The translations under genes and the position numbers were made by a program. A stretch of 63,911 nucleotides of DNA, the filler included, from Trypethelium eluteriae (taxonomy: Eukaryota), in NCBI GenBank assembly GCA_051942245.1. It is 5 parts of 5 records of this genome, joined end to end, with 100 filler letters (N's around TTAATTAATTAA, not from the genome) between each part and the next. Parts side by side here need not be neighbours in the genome. Positions count along the whole stretch, not along the records: positions 12,942 to 25,768 come from JAVECL010000752.1; positions 25,869 to 38,679 come from JAVECL010000753.1; 3 more parts are not named here. One strand, given 5' to 3'. The notes below the pieces were generated by a model. It worked only from the letters and a program-made list of their open reading frames with translations. It was not told the origin of the DNA and ran no database searches. Shown here piece after piece: positions 22,362 through 34,856 of the stretch (position 1 is the stretch's first letter; the number at the start of each line of letters is the position of its first letter).

Positions 22362-24746
22362 ATGGATACGAGTTACACATCGCTGTCTAGCTCCGAACGA
22401 GAGAAGAACGACCCGTCACTCTCACACACCACGACTTATCTTCTGACTAAAGATGACAATGCACCGATCAAGGTCACCCAACGACCGCAACTCTTGTCCA
22501 GGACAAGCTCACGCGTTGCAAGTGTTCTGGAATACGTCCACAGGTCCTGGACTTGGTATTTGACATCGCACATCCTCAGCTTTCTATGGCTGGCTCCTAT
22601 CGTTGCGTTGCTCGCCCTCAATTTCAGCCACTACATCATTGGTGCAAGTGCATTTTGTCCAGCCGGCCACTGTGAATCCAATGTTCTCGGCAGTTTATTT
22701 CCGGATGGCGTCAAGTCGCAGGCTGAGTTGGACAAACGCGACCACAATCTTCTTGGAGCACTCCAGTTCGTGTCTAAAGCCATCGAGGTGTGGTTCACCT
22801 TCATCGCAACCAGTTTGGTATTCGATGTGGTTATGATTTTAGCTAGGAGTCCTCGAGGTCTTCCTCTGGGCTTCTTGCTTACGCACCTGCAGTTTAGCGA
22901 CCTTCGAAATGTAGCGAATCCTCTTCTTTGGACTTCAGCACGAACACCAGGAATGGAGCACAAGCGTGGCCAGAATATGGTTTTCCGAGTTTTTGTCGCT
23001 CTTGCAATCTTCCTAACTATCCTAACCAATCTCATGGGACCATCGATCGCAGCGTTGCTCTTGCCGGCCCTTCAATCCGTCCCAATTTTCAACCAAGCTC
23101 AACAACAGTATCAAGCGATCTCTTCTGATAAGCCACCAAGCGGAGATGAAGTCTTCCTAGGCTCTTGCGGATCAGCTGATCTCTCTGCTTCGCAATACTC
23201 TTGTACGGCTTCAGCCTATGGCCCAAGTCTCGATAGCATCGCAGCATTCGTGGACTCGAGTTGGCAAGAGGCGCTTGCCTCGGGAGTAATAGAAATCCCC
23301 TTGATCCAAGAGGATGCAGTCACCTTCCAATTCAACGTGAGCGCACGCAGCGATATCATTTGGACACCAAGTAGACAGGTCTTGCGGAACATTTCCACGG
23401 ATCTAGATTTTGTCTACAGCACCATAGAGGGCACCAACGTTTCTCTTGGTACCGATTTCAATAGCACAGCCCTTATGCCCGATTATCAGTTATCAGTTCT
23501 AAACAGATCATTATCCACAATGATCCAGAGGCGAGGTCCAAGTCTTGGGCTTGCTTCGTCTATCGGCTGTGGGGCGGGTGAGTTGTTGGAAATCAACGGC
23601 ATTAGCTCCTCCTCAGACCAAACAGTGCGCTGTTTGACCGGACGTCCTGTCTTCTACGATGATGGGAACTCATCCATCTATACCAAATGTTTCAGAGCCG
23701 GCCAGGGTTGGAATGAGACGAACAAGTTATACGAATTCTCGCTTCCTCCCATCTCTAATAACGCTACTACTGAGTCTTTCTCTGCGGGCAGAACTGCAGT
23801 CAGTGTTTATTTCTCGGATAAAGCGGTCTATTTTAACGAGACTACCGATTTTGGCTCAGGAATAGCGGCATGCTACAGTGATAGTCGCGCGAATAATGGC
23901 CAGTCAGCGGCTTCTTGTGATTGGGACAAGATTTTCAATACCGATATGCCAGGCTTCCTACAGAATTCATCTAACAGTGTTCTAAATACTGAATATTACC
24001 TGGCTTCTGCGGCGTCTACCAAGTCTCCTCTTCGCGTCTATTGCGATGCGACGGCAATCTTAAACTTTACCACGTACTCTATCGACCCCACGCTTACTGC
24101 AAATCCTGCGTTGACGGTTCAGGTGGCTGGTTTCCCCGACGGCGCGGCGAACGGGTCGAATGTTGTGCTTGATCCATCCTGGCTTCTGGCTGCCTGGTCT
24201 GTCAATCCCAACTCTACGGTCAGTAGCAATCGATCCATGACCTTCAACTTGCAGCGAAACATACAGAGTTGGTCAAATGTCAATCTCACCAATGACATCT
24301 GGAACAATTTCACATATTCTAATAACCAGAACGAGTTCACGGACCTAAATTACGCACCACTCCTCCAAGCCCTGACCATGATCAATTACGATTTCACCAA
24401 CATTACGGATCCTACGGGTGTGAAATGTTCCGGTGACTCATCAATTCTCTGTTCGACCATTGTTGTGCAGGTCTGGGCATACGGAATCAACACGCGGACG
24501 GCCATCCTCGGCGTCGTCGTCAGCATCCTAGGCATTCTTGTCGTATTTGCCCGGCTTATCCTAGGTATAATATACCGCTCTAAGCCAGAATGCTCGGAGT
24601 TCGAACTGCTCGTGGGAGCCTTGGAGCATCAAAATCAGGGCGAATTTGAGGGATTGCATCACGAAAAAGACGAGGGCCGGGTCAGATACCAGATCTTGGA
24701 TGGGAGCGATGGAAAACCGCTCTTTATTCTCAAGAAATCGGTGTGA
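22362..24746 (+). CDS. Uncharacterised multi-pass membrane glycoprotein (794 aa)
   Basis: Single ORF with about three N-terminal TM segments, a large Cys/N-glycosylation-rich luminal region, then a WAYG motif and a C-terminal TM helix. Confidence 0.75.
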   Translation: MDTSYTSLSSSEREKNDPSLSHTTTYLLTKDDNAPIKVTQRPQLLSRTSSRVASVLEYVHRSWTWYLTSHILSFLWLAPIVALLALNFSHYIIGASAFCPAGHCESNVLGSLFPDGVKSQAELDKRDHNLLGALQFVSKAIEVWFTFIATSLVFDVVMILARSPRGLPLGFLLTHLQFSDLRNVANPLLWTSARTPGMEHKRGQNMVFRVFVALAIFLTILTNLMGPSIAALLLPALQSVPIFNQAQQQYQAISSDKPPSGDEVFLGSCGSADLSASQYSCTASAYGPSLDSIAAFVDSSWQEALASGVIEIPLIQEDAVTFQFNVSARSDIIWTPSRQVLRNISTDLDFVYSTIEGTNVSLGTDFNSTALMPDYQLSVLNRSLSTMIQRRGPSLGLASSIGCGAGELLEINGISSSSDQTVRCLTGRPVFYDDGNSSIYTKCFRAGQGWNETNKLYEFSLPPISNNATTESFSAGRTAVSVYFSDKAVYFNETTDFGSGIAACYSDSRANNGQSAASCDWDKIFNTDMPGFLQNSSNSVLNTEYYLASAASTKSPLRVYCDATAILNFTTYSIDPTLTANPALTVQVAGFPDGAANGSNVVLDPSWLLAAWSVNPNSTVSSNRSMTFNLQRNIQSWSNVNLTNDIWNNFTYSNNQNEFTDLNYAPLLQALTMINYDFTNITDPTGVKCSGDSSILCSTIVVQVWAYGINTRTAILGVVVSILGILVVFARLILGIIYRSKPECSEFELLVGALEHQNQGEFEGLHHEKDEGRVRYQILDGSDGKPLFILKKSV

Positions 24747-25768
24747 GGGAGCCACAACCTCCTTCGTTCAGCTGGTTGAATATCCATTGACTATGTGGGG
24801 ATCAAGTTCATGATCTTGAACCAAGCCTGGCAACATGCTCGGACATCTGACTCCACACTAATCAAACGTGAATGGCCAGACGACCATATGGTTCCAACCC
24901 GCTATCGTGTTCCTCAAGAAAAAGTACGTCAGATAGTACTAAAAGCCACATTGGAATGAGACCAAGAATCTTCGGGTCTTGACTCCTCTTCCCTCCTTTG
25001 TCTCGTGGTCGGTCAAGGAATTGTGAGAAGAGGGACAGCAGGTCTTGCATCGTTTCATTACAAAGACGTAATTCCATCCTTCGCGTCGTGTACGGTGGAT
25101 TTGAAGGGCGACATTCACGAACTTAAAGGCGAGAACCTTTCCTTGATGAGTTAATATTACTTCGGATCGCTGCGACGGATTGCTTCAGTCTCGGACAAGG
25201 ACAAATTCTACGCTTTCATCGAATTGGCCAGATATCTCAATTGGCCCGGTCAGCAAATCTTTGCAGGACATAATTACAGAGAGGCAGGAGAAGATGTAAT
25301 GATAGACCATTCAGACATCGGGCCTTATTACTTTCGCATCGGTAGGCTCTTATTCCCTCGGGCTCCCTATTTTGGTCTCTTTGGTCGCAGCATGGGACAT
25401 CTCCATGGCGCTTCTGACTAGGAGGCATGTTGTCATATACGATTGTTAGAGGAGATTGAGACTTTTTAGATAGATTTTCAGTCATCAGTAATGACCAAAG
25501 GCATTCGCAGAGATTTTAATGTTCGTAAGAGTGACACTGCCTTAAGTGAAAGATTTCCTGAATAGTACAAAGTCTAAAAGAGGAATACCTGCAGCATAAC
25601 ATGTGCCACCAATCTATAAACTCTATCATACAATATCAAGCAACTGCCGCCCGAACTCTTGGTATCTCCACCCCCGGCCTAGGTTCTGCCCCCTCTTCCG
25701 TCGAAGTCTCACTATCCTGGCCACTTCCCCTGCGTCCATTCGCCCCCACCCCCGCCGCTCTGGTCTCC

Positions 25769-25868
25769 NNNNNNNNNNNNNNNNNNNNNNNNNNNNNNNN
25801 NNNNNNNNNNNNTTAATTAATTAANNNNNNNNNNNNNNNNNNNNNNNNNNNNNNNNNNNNNNNNNNNN
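25769..25868. other. Artificial contig linker
   Basis: N44-TTAATTAATTAA-N44. Confidence 0.97.
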
Positions 25869-28800
25869 TAATAAGACTCCCCATGCCCCCTCCCTCCACG
25901 CTGCCAATCGTACTCGTCACCCCGCCACTCACCTCCACAATGGCGCCATTCGGCAACTCGCTAATGACAACACCATCACTCGTTATCGCCGCACCGCCCG
26001 GCACCAGCGTCTTGCCACCTATGACGACCTCGCTCGCGCTCGTGGGCGTCAGCGTCAGAACCGCGCCATCAGCTTCTGTGACGATGGATTGGCCGGGCGA
26101 AAGAGTTTGCGTCTGGCCGTTGACGACGATGACGTCCTGCCCGTTGGCTGGAAGTCCGTTTGCGGGCAGCGAGAGGGTCTCGACGTGGCCGTTGGCAGTG
26201 ATGGTGATGGGTGCTCCGCCGGGAAGGAGAGTCTGGCCGTTGATGACGAGGGCGGAGGCGGAGGTGGGATTGAGTGAGATGACTTGGGTTCCGAGGGTGA
26301 TGGCGGTGACGGCGGCGTTGGCTGGGGTGGATGCGAGATTAGAGACTGTCTGGCCGTTGATGATGACACCGCCGGAGGGGGAAAGCGAGTATGTTGTTCC
26401 TGATACGGTGACTGGCGCGCCGCCAGGGCTGAGGGTTTGTCCGGACAAGACGAATGCGTTGGAGCCGACGGGCGAGGCGGTGAGACCCCCGATGGTGACT
26501 GCTCCGTTATTTGGCGTGTTGAGAGCTAGATTCGAAAGACTTTGCCCGTTGACGATTACCGCCCCCGATGGACCAAGTGAGAATGTCGTGCCTGAGGCTG
26601 TCACCGCTGATCCACCAGCACTTATGGTTTGACCTCCTGGAAGGATGAACGCACTGGAGCCGACGGATGAGGCAGTAAGGCCACCGATGGTGACTGGTCC
26701 GTTGTTTGGCACATTGGGAGCCAAGTTCGAGAGACTTTGCCCATTCACGACTACCGCCCCCGATGGACCAAGTGAGAATGTCGTACCTGAGGCTGTCACT
26801 GCTGAACCACCGGCACTTATTGTTTGACCTCCAGGTAGGACGAATGCTGAAGGACCGACAGGTGTGGCCGTAGCACCGCCAATCACAACTGGTGCCGCCG
26901 CCGCGGGTCCTGGGACCTGGCCAGCTGCTAAGGTCGAAACTGTTTGGCCGTTAACCACGACTTCGCTGGACGGACCCAGCGAGATGGTTCTGCCAGCGGA
27001 GACGATAGGCGCGCCTCCTGCACTTAATGTCTGACCTCCTGGGAGTTCAAATGCTCCAGGCGCTACCGGTGTGGCTGACGCACCTCCGATCACGACTGGG
27101 GCCGCACCAGTGAATGTTCCTCCGCCGCCTTGGGCTCCAGCAGATGGTGCATTTTGGGGGCCTACCACACTGGGTAGGCCTGATGCAGGAGCGTTTGGCG
27201 CAACTGGGCTCCCAGTGGCTGCAGAAATGATGTTGGAAACGCCGATCCCTATCTCACCAGCAGGAGTTTGTCCGGCATTTCCAGGGCCAGTCGCTCCGGG
27301 ACCGCCAGCGGAGATGATACTTGGAATGAGATTCCCAATACCTCCTCCTGATGCAGGAGCACCAGGATTTGCACTCGGCTGCTGGGCCCCAGGTGAACCT
27401 CCTTGAGCTGGCTGTGGAAGGGCATTTGGTGTCGCTTGGGGATTCGATCCACCCCCTTGTTCGGGTTGAGGCGCTGGCGCAACAGGTATGCTCCCAGGAG
27501 CACTTGGGGGCTGCGAGCTATGTGGTTGAGGTTGGTTTGGTGGCGTTGGTAAGGAGCCAGGTCCCTCGGTTTGTGGCTCTGGAGAAGGACCCGGTCCAGG
27601 CAAAGGATTGTTTGATGGGCTGCCTCCACTTGGCGGATTGTTCGGGGTACTACCTCCTCCAGGATTGCCTCCATTTCCTCCGGTAGGGGCACCTCCGTTC
27701 CCACCAGGATTAGCTCCGTTTCCTGCAGTTGGGTTGCTTCCGCCACCAGGACTGCCCCCATTTCCCCCAGTGGGAGCTCCTCCGCCAGGACTGCCACCGT
27801 TTCCTCCAGTAGGAGCTCCTCCGCCTCCAGGACTTCCCCCGTTTCCTCCAGTAGGAGCTCCCCCGCCGCCAGGACTACCTCCATTTCCTCCGGTCGGAGC
27901 TCCCCCGCCACCAGGCGCGCCGCCACCAAAATTACCACCCACAGGAATCGTTGTTGCAGTTGACTGGGTCAGCTCAGCAACGGGGATATGAAGCGTCGGC
28001 GCGCCTGCCCCACCGCCAGCAGAGCATTGTCCGATCAGTGGGAACTGCGAAATGATCTCGGCACGGCCTTTGAGCCAGTCTAGCAGTTCCGGAGGAGGAG
28101 AGAATTCTTGCAGTGTTCCGTGATTCGTCCAATTCGAACTGACGTCCAGACCTGGAAGATATATGAACGGTTGTGAAACCTCAAGTCGTTGTACCAAATC
28201 ATCTCCTTCCGGATCAGACTCGATTAATAATCGAACAACATCGGACGGTGCAACTAAGGACGTGGTGTACGCCGTGTAGGTCGTTGTGAAGACGGATCTG
28301 GTGAATGTATCCGCGCTGAACGTAGTGGAAGGATACGTCTCTGGTGGGTCTGTCTCTGTGGTACCCTGAGAGGTTAACGTCGTAGCAGGAATCGCAGTCT
28401 GGGCATTGCAGTTGGTTCCGGCCGCGGTACCAGAAACGACGTAAAAGGTCATCATGGTAGCAAAAGGGGTAGGTGAGACTCTATAAGAAAGACATTGCTC
28501 AGTTAGAATATTGGTCTTTGAAACATGTAGATACGAAGGGGGTATTCGGAGGAACAGTGAAAGACAGGTTCAATGTTTCCTAAATGGGTTTCGACGAATA
28601 AGCTGGTACTAACATTGCGGTCGTATAATTATTCACCCATGCAGTGCTCGAATCAACGGCGGTCCCGTCATAACCCACTCCATCAGAGCCGATAATGTTC
28701 GGAACATTTGTAAATGTATATTGATTCCCTTGAACGTCTTCTCTTGTTCCGTAGGAAATAGTATTTGAAGCATTGTTAGGCACAGTTATTGTCGTGGAGG

Positions 28801-29050
28801 GAACGATAGTGTTGTTGTATTGGGCGTATTCTGTGATGATCGTCTCCTTGACATATTCCAGAGAGCTGTTGTACCATACATTCAAACGGACAGAGTTTAC
28901 GAAAACTTGACAACAAAAGCTTCCTGTGGCGTTCGGCGCCGGAGTGATCGTGGAAAGACTTGTTGTGCTAGTTGTGGATGAGTTCGCTAAGCTTGTGAGA
29001 GAGACTGCTGCGGTCAAAGCAGCGAACTGGATGCAAAAGAGAAACAGCAT
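25869..29050 (-). CDS. Secreted Gly/Pro-rich cell-surface repeat protein, 2+ exons; C-terminus lost at the contig end
   Basis: Signal peptide MLFLFCIQFAALTAA; CCQV..VWY domain; intron at about 28483-28614; GGAPTGGNGGSPGG tandem repeats; QTLSAGGAPxTxSGTTxSL repeats. Confidence 0.78.
27650..27930 (-). repeat. Coding minisatellite of 42-45 bp units (GGAPTGGNGGSPGG[G], about 6 copies)
   Basis: Recurrent + strand unit ccgccaggact..cc.tttcctccagtaggagctcc. Confidence 0.85.
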
Positions 29051-30208
29051 CGCGGCAACCAAACAACGACGTTCAACCCAAGTGCGACACTTCTTAGGTA
29101 GGTTGAGAAAGAGATGCAGTCAGTGCAAACCCACCTAGCGAGCGCAGTCTTCGGCTCCTCATGGTAATAAAGCTCTATTATGGGAGCCTCATGATTATAG
29201 GGTGACCGGCCCTGGGTTCTAATTTGGGCTTACGGCAGATTCTGCGTGGAAGACGACAGCGAGGGGGGAAATAGCTTAGCCAAGCTTAGATGTGAGAGAC
29301 GGCTAGATGCATCTGAAGTTGCATTTTTGCCGGTCATGGCAGCTTAGCAACAAGCCTATGCTGAAGGTATTCTTGGCGACAATCCTTCAGCCCGTATCGC
29401 GGCTGGCGATAGGGCAAGAGCTAAGCCACATGCAGGACCATGCTGGCTTCCGGCTCCACAGCCGTCCTGCAGTGGTGTAGCTTCACAGCCATCTCTCGTC
29501 AGCTCCGCCATCTCGTCCGAACAGAATGGACCCCTTGACCGGTACGCAATCAACAGTACTTTATGTATCATGGGAGAGACTTCATCGGCATGCTGGTGAG
29601 AGGCCGGCCACGTGTGGAAGATCCATGTGGACCTCTTCAGACCAGTCAGACGAACCGAAAGGGCAAGAACGCCGGTGCTCTGACTCGCTGTCGAAGCTTT
29701 CCTTCGCGCAGACGTCGGCCAAACTTTGCCAAGAGACTGAGTCGAGAACGTTGCCCGTGCTCATAGTTCGGTGGTTCAGTCGATCGTTCGTTCTAAGCTC
29801 AGGTCCTCAGGAAGCACTGTCTTATACAGGTCAGGGACTATGGATGTAGTCGCTGTGAAGGGGTGGCCGCTTAGCGATTTCCTCTGCAGATCCTCCGAGC
29901 AAACGGAGCGAGAATTGTGGAAGCCATATCTTACTTCCTAATCTGCAAGTTTCAGTATTTGACTACAACAACAAAATTTTCGCTCGCCTTTCTCCGACGG
30001 CGGCGCGCCCAGCAGCGGCTTTGATAGCCCCCAGTATTACATAGATGGAGTACTCTTTTAATAAAGACCCCTTTATTTGATGAGACTGCATCTAAGCCAT
30101 CTTAAAAAAACGACGAAACTGTTGGCTGTCACTCGGGATCAAAATGCGCCTGATTGTAGATTAAAAATGTCGAAATGTATTGTGCTACGTGCGGTTGGTT
30201 ACAGAGAT

Positions 30209-31237
30209 CTATTCATTCATATCAAAAAGCACAAATTCCGCCGGCGCGTCGCCAATGCTCTTGATTACCACAGAACCAGGCCCCTTTGCTCCCTCGACGT
30301 ACGCTCCGTCACCCTCACCAAGCTCCATGTCCCCGATCTCCAGTTTCGCACCACTAGAGGAGCCAGGCTGCTTTTTCCCACTCATGACCACGTGCACAAA
30401 GACCTTCCTCTTACCCTCCGCCACAATCTTATGCTCCACGCTATTCCCCGGGCTCAATATACTCGCATCCATACTCAAATCCGCATGCAACGGAATCGGG
30501 CTGCTCTCCCCTTCCTTCCCATCATGCCTTTCCACACTCTCCATGATCCTACACAGCCTCTCCCTCTTCATCTCATCCGGATAGTGCCTCGTCGAGTAGC
30601 TCGGCTTCAGGCCGCGCACGCTCGGCTTCGCCCAGATCTGCAAGAAGTGGTTGTCGCGATTCTCATTCCGATTGTATTCCGAATGCCGAATGCCCGTTCC
30701 CGCGCTCGTGAACTGCACGTCTCCGCGCCGCAGCGTCTCGAGATTGCCCATGCTGTCCCGGTGCTCGAGCTCGCCATCGACGATGTAGCTCCAGATGAGG
30801 AACTCGGCGTGCGAATGGAGACCGAAGCCTGTGCCTTTTTCCACCCGATCTTCGTTGATGACGCGCAAGGGGCCGAAGGACTCGTGGTAGGGGTTGAGGG
30901 AGTGGTAGGAGGCGAAGTTGAAGGTGTGGTAGGTGTAGAGCCAGCCGTGGTCGGCGTGGCCGCGCTCATTCCAGGGGCGTTTGGTGATCTTCAGGGGACT
31001 GCTGGTCCCGTTAGTGACCCCATTAGATGTACCGTTTGCAACTGAAGCCATGGGACGGTAATGTGTGATCGAGACTTTCGAGAAGAACTGGGGAGAAAGC
31101 CGCTGGAGATTAGCGCGAATTGGTGATGACAAGGCCAGAGCGAATGCAAGGATGGCTGTAAGAACTGCGAGTAGAGTAGTAGTAAATTTGAAGGTATTGC
31201 GAGAGTCACCAGAAGTTTCTTTGACGACAGGTTTCAT
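30209..31237 (-). CDS. Pirin-family bicupin (YhhW/quercetinase-like)
   Basis: RGHADHGWLYTYHTFNFASY; FGPLRVINEDRV; GFGLHSH; GELEHRDSMGN; TSAGTGIRHSEYN; HFLQIW. Has an N-terminal hydrophobic extension. Confidence 0.92.
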   Translation of the reverse strand: MKPVVKETSGDSRNTFKFTTTLLAVLTAILAFALALSSPIRANLQRLSPQFFSKVSITHYRPMASVANGTSNGVTNGTSSPLKITKRPWNERGHADHGWLYTYHTFNFASYHSLNPYHESFGPLRVINEDRVEKGTGFGLHSHAEFLIWSYIVDGELEHRDSMGNLETLRRGDVQFTSAGTGIRHSEYNRNENRDNHFLQIWAKPSVRGLKPSYSTRHYPDEMKRERLCRIMESVERHDGKEGESSPIPLHADLSMDASILSPGNSVEHKIVAEGKRKVFVHVVMSGKKQPGSSSGAKLEIGDMELGEGDGAYVEGAKGPGSVVIKSIGDAPAEFVLFDMNE

Positions 31238-32563
31238 AACTCGAAGGAAAGGAAAAACGACTTTATATTGCTATGTACATCGTGAATGGAATGCCAAGGC
31301 CTGTTCTAGGATACTCTTGGTTGCAGAATCTCAGAGTTTGGTTACAATGTGTAAGGAATTGTCAATGATATAGACATAGACAGTCGACAGTGTGTAAGCG
31401 CCGATATGAGAATTGTTAAGGATGACGAAAGCAGCACTTCGGCATTAGAGTCGGGAGTGGACAATAGTTTATCCGTTTCGGTCTCGGGTTTGATTCCGCA
31501 TATGGGCGCAGCAACTCCGTCCGCTGATTAAACTTACTCTGGATTAGGTACCTACGTCAAAGGGCAGATTGCGGCAAAAGCAGATGAAAAAATTGATGGA
31601 ATAGAGAGCGAGTTGAAAACGAGCGTTCTTCGGGAAAAATCGATCGAAATTCCGAGAACCTCACTGTGTGCCAAATCTCCTTTGTGATTGATTGCATCTC
31701 ATGAGCAGGTATAAATGGTACGTGAACCTTGGAGAATTCAATAACGTTCAAACTTCGAAGCAGTTGGGGTTACCGAGCGCAAGCTTGATTTTGCCTGGAC
31801 TGTCCCTTCCAACATGCCTTCTTGACAGAGCGTGTTAATGTGGCGAGCGTCACATTCCGTGCATGTGAAATTGGTGCTGGCGCCTTTGTAAGAGACCCTC
31901 GGGTAACCCATCGACGATCTGAGAATTGATCATACATATCACTTTTTGCCACAGGTCATGGGACGAAATGTGCCAATAATTTTTAGTCTGTGAATTGAGC
32001 GAGTGACCTATTGGTGCCCGCCGTTATGATATAGAAGTGTGTAGGTCGCTAGCGAATTTCCACGTACTGAGCCATGCACCTTCGGATAAGACGCTGCTTC
32101 ATCTTAGATGGCTCTCGCATACTTTGCGTCCCACACGAGAATGTCTGCCTAGACTCTCTAGACTTGATAAGTTTCCAGGAGCTAGGCGACTCCACTTCCA
32201 CTCCTACAATGAATAGTAAGACCATACTTCAAGTTCAAGGCATCATTTTTGCATCTTTCTACCTTGCATCACTGACAGGTTCAGCACCACTCTCCTCTTC
32301 ATTACCGGGGTAGAGCAAGTTGAGATGCTGACCTTGCTAGCCAACGATTGATCGAACAGTACTTGTCAGATCGGTGTAAACGGTCCGCGAGCGCCTAATC
32401 CAGCAGGATCCATTGTAAGAAAGACAAGAGGCAGTTTCACGGATCACAAACTACTCAATTTGCGTCAGATAAGTCATTGTTAAAGCAGAATGGTTGAGCC
32501 CTCACATCGTTTAGTAGGTTGAGGAGGATAGCACGGATCCGTAGTCAGAGAATTGATGGATCT

Positions 32564-34144
32564 TCACACACTTTCTTCCGTAGAATGCCATTGCTTACCC
32601 TTCATCAAATTATCAAAGTGCAATAAGTGTCCGCGCTGTTTTCTGACGTAGAGCGTATACAGGCCGCCAGCCATGTAGACTGTAGTCGTGCTGATGATTA
32701 CTGGCCATTTAAACTGGTCCGGTCTCGAGAATATAAGTGTGGAGACGTAAGAGAGCAGTTCGAAGAGATTCTGGAACAAGGCTTCCGTGGTTGAAAAGGC
32801 GCCACGCTGATTGTCTTCGACTTGCTCTTGGACGATCATTTGAGCCGAAAGGTCAAATCCCCACAGTCCAACTCTGCTCAGCGCCACGCTTGCTACCAAT
32901 GAACTCACGGCCGCAATCCGGCCATGTAAAGTCCAGAACAAACTCACTCCTGCGGTAAGACAAATCATCTGCCAGTTGAGGAACCAGCTCCCAGCCCTGA
33001 CAGCACCAATCTTTTTGATCACCCGTGGCGCGATCCATGTGGCGGAAAGCTCAAATATTGTACTTATGGTTCGTGTTGCGCCAACAATGGCGGATGTGTA
33101 ACCGGAAAATAGTAGGAACGTTAACATCTGATCAGAGAAAGAAAGAACAGTGAAGTACAAGAGGGCGAGAGCAAAGGAAGGATGCAAGGCAGGATGTCGG
33201 AAATAGAATAGTATCTGTGATATGAGAGATTTGAAGTAAAGAGGGAGACTCCTCCGCAAATCTGATGCTACTTCTTGATCGTTCCTTGATGCTTGGGAAC
33301 GCCTCAGCGAGGGAACAAGTCTGAATACGGTAGAAATAGTGAAATACTCTATAGGAATTGATATTGTGTTCATACCAAGGGTGATCAGTATAGCTATCCT
33401 GAAGGAGCCAGCATTGATGAGCGAAATGACCAAGGGCCCTAGGAGCTTGCAGAACAGATCGATACGACGCATACGTGCATTCAGAATTCGACGAGCTGAT
33501 TCATCCTCTCCGGAAATGACGACTACCCAATCTCTCTCCACTGAAACCAGGTTCATGACGGAGCAGAGTTTCTCGAGACCGGCCAACAGTGTAACTCCGG
33601 CCAAACTTGCTTTCATGCCTTGTGATCCAGTAATGATGTGCGAAGCCATGAGGTAGAAAATTACGCAAGACGAGATGACAGAAAGACGTTGAGCGACAAT
33701 TGAGAATCGTACGACACTGAGACGGTTCTTGGTATCAATGATCCGACCCACTGCGGGAGACAGCAGGACCGCGGAGCCGCTGCGAGCTAGGGCATATATT
33801 GACATTGGAGTCAGAGTACCGGGATAAATAGCAGCCAGAAATAAAACCGCACCGAACTCGAACATTCTCGAGTTCCATGTTGAAAGGAAGTGCGAGACAT
33901 ACAGGCGATATGTGACTGAGCGGGGGACATCTGGACTGGAAGGCTCATATTCTAGGGGCTGCACCACAGCTTGCCCAACATCGACTCGTTCTCGGTCTGC
34001 ATTATCTGTAATGTCTGCCAAGATATGTGTGGTGATGGTGTGTTCCGCTTCCAATTCGGCGGATCCCTGACCAGATAAATGAAGATGTGCTTCTGCCACC
34101 GCTTGAGGTGGATCTTCGGAAATCGCCTTTGGGTTTGCGTCCAT
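32564..34144 (-). CDS. Ferroportin (SLC40/FPN1) family iron exporter; single exon
   Basis: RLYVSHFLSTWNSRMFEFGAVLFL; NLVSVERDWVVV; NARMRRIDLFCKLLGP; LLYFTVLSF; SRVGLWGFDL..QMIVQE. Confidence 0.92.
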   Translation of the reverse strand: MDANPKAISEDPPQAVAEAHLHLSGQGSAELEAEHTITTHILADITDNADRERVDVGQAVVQPLEYEPSSPDVPRSVTYRLYVSHFLSTWNSRMFEFGAVLFLAAIYPGTLTPMSIYALARSGSAVLLSPAVGRIIDTKNRLSVVRFSIVAQRLSVISSCVIFYLMASHIITGSQGMKASLAGVTLLAGLEKLCSVMNLVSVERDWVVVISGEDESARRILNARMRRIDLFCKLLGPLVISLINAGSFRIAILITLGMNTISIPIEYFTISTVFRLVPSLRRSQASRNDQEVASDLRRSLPLYFKSLISQILFYFRHPALHPSFALALLYFTVLSFSDQMLTFLLFSGYTSAIVGATRTISTIFELSATWIAPRVIKKIGAVRAGSWFLNWQMICLTAGVSLFWTLHGRIAAVSSLVASVALSRVGLWGFDLSAQMIVQEQVEDNQRGAFSTTEALFQNLFELLSYVSTLIFSRPDQFKWPVIISTTTVYMAGGLYTLYVRKQRGHLLHFDNLMKGKQWHSTEESV

Positions 34145-34856
34145 CACTTCCGGAGTCAACGACTGCGCGTCTGCACGTTTGCACTAAATGCGCCTTTTCA
34201 TGCAGGTGCGTGTAATGGACCTGTGCGTGGATGAAGTGAAGTTTTGTTTTGTTCTCCTTACCATTCTGGCTTAGCGCGGCGGCTCCAACCGCAGTTGCCG
34301 TGCCCCCGACCAATTGGCGGCGTACATTAGCACATCAGATACTCCACCAGCTCGAGGTAGTGAAAAAAAACAACGTCAGGCTACCCCAAAACCCATTCTC
34401 ACTACCTTCGCCCCAACACAGTGGAATGGGAATTCCTTTCAAATTTATCTAATCATATCATATATCTGCGTTTAGTAAAGTATTCAGTTAAAAGCGATCA
34501 GGGTGGAAATGGTAGGTGGGGGGGTGGAGGTAGTCCAACATTTGTTGGTTCGTCACCTGGTGCTCCGTACGAGTCTTCTACAAGGCATCTCGGGCCACCT
34601 ACCTGAAATTGCACTTTACCTGGTGTATTGACCTGGTAGACTCACAAGGGTCCATGCATATGTAGAATGGCTCTTAGAAGGGGGCAGCTGGGCGCCAGGA
34701 GACTATATATATCTGCGGTCATATAAGGTTGGTTGATCAGCGCCTATCGCTGAAACTTCATGTTGATTGTACCTTTTCTCAAAATCATATAAAACTTAGC
34801 GCTTGCCACCCGTATTTTTTTTGGGGTTCTCTTGCTTCATCATCACTTCCATCAGC

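Noticed and set aside
24790..25768. Possible gene relics and a C-terminal fragment at the contig end
   Set aside because: Fragments could not be joined or assigned to a family, and they cannot be linked to the gene across the linker.
30077..31045. 322-aa + strand ORF
   Set aside because: Antisense shadow of the GC-rich pirin CDS. The same applies to long antisense ORFs over the Gly-rich genes and PRP8.
34511..34603. 9-bp inverted repeat ggtaggtgg/ccacctacc
   Set aside because: Too short, with no target-site duplication and no second copy in the window.
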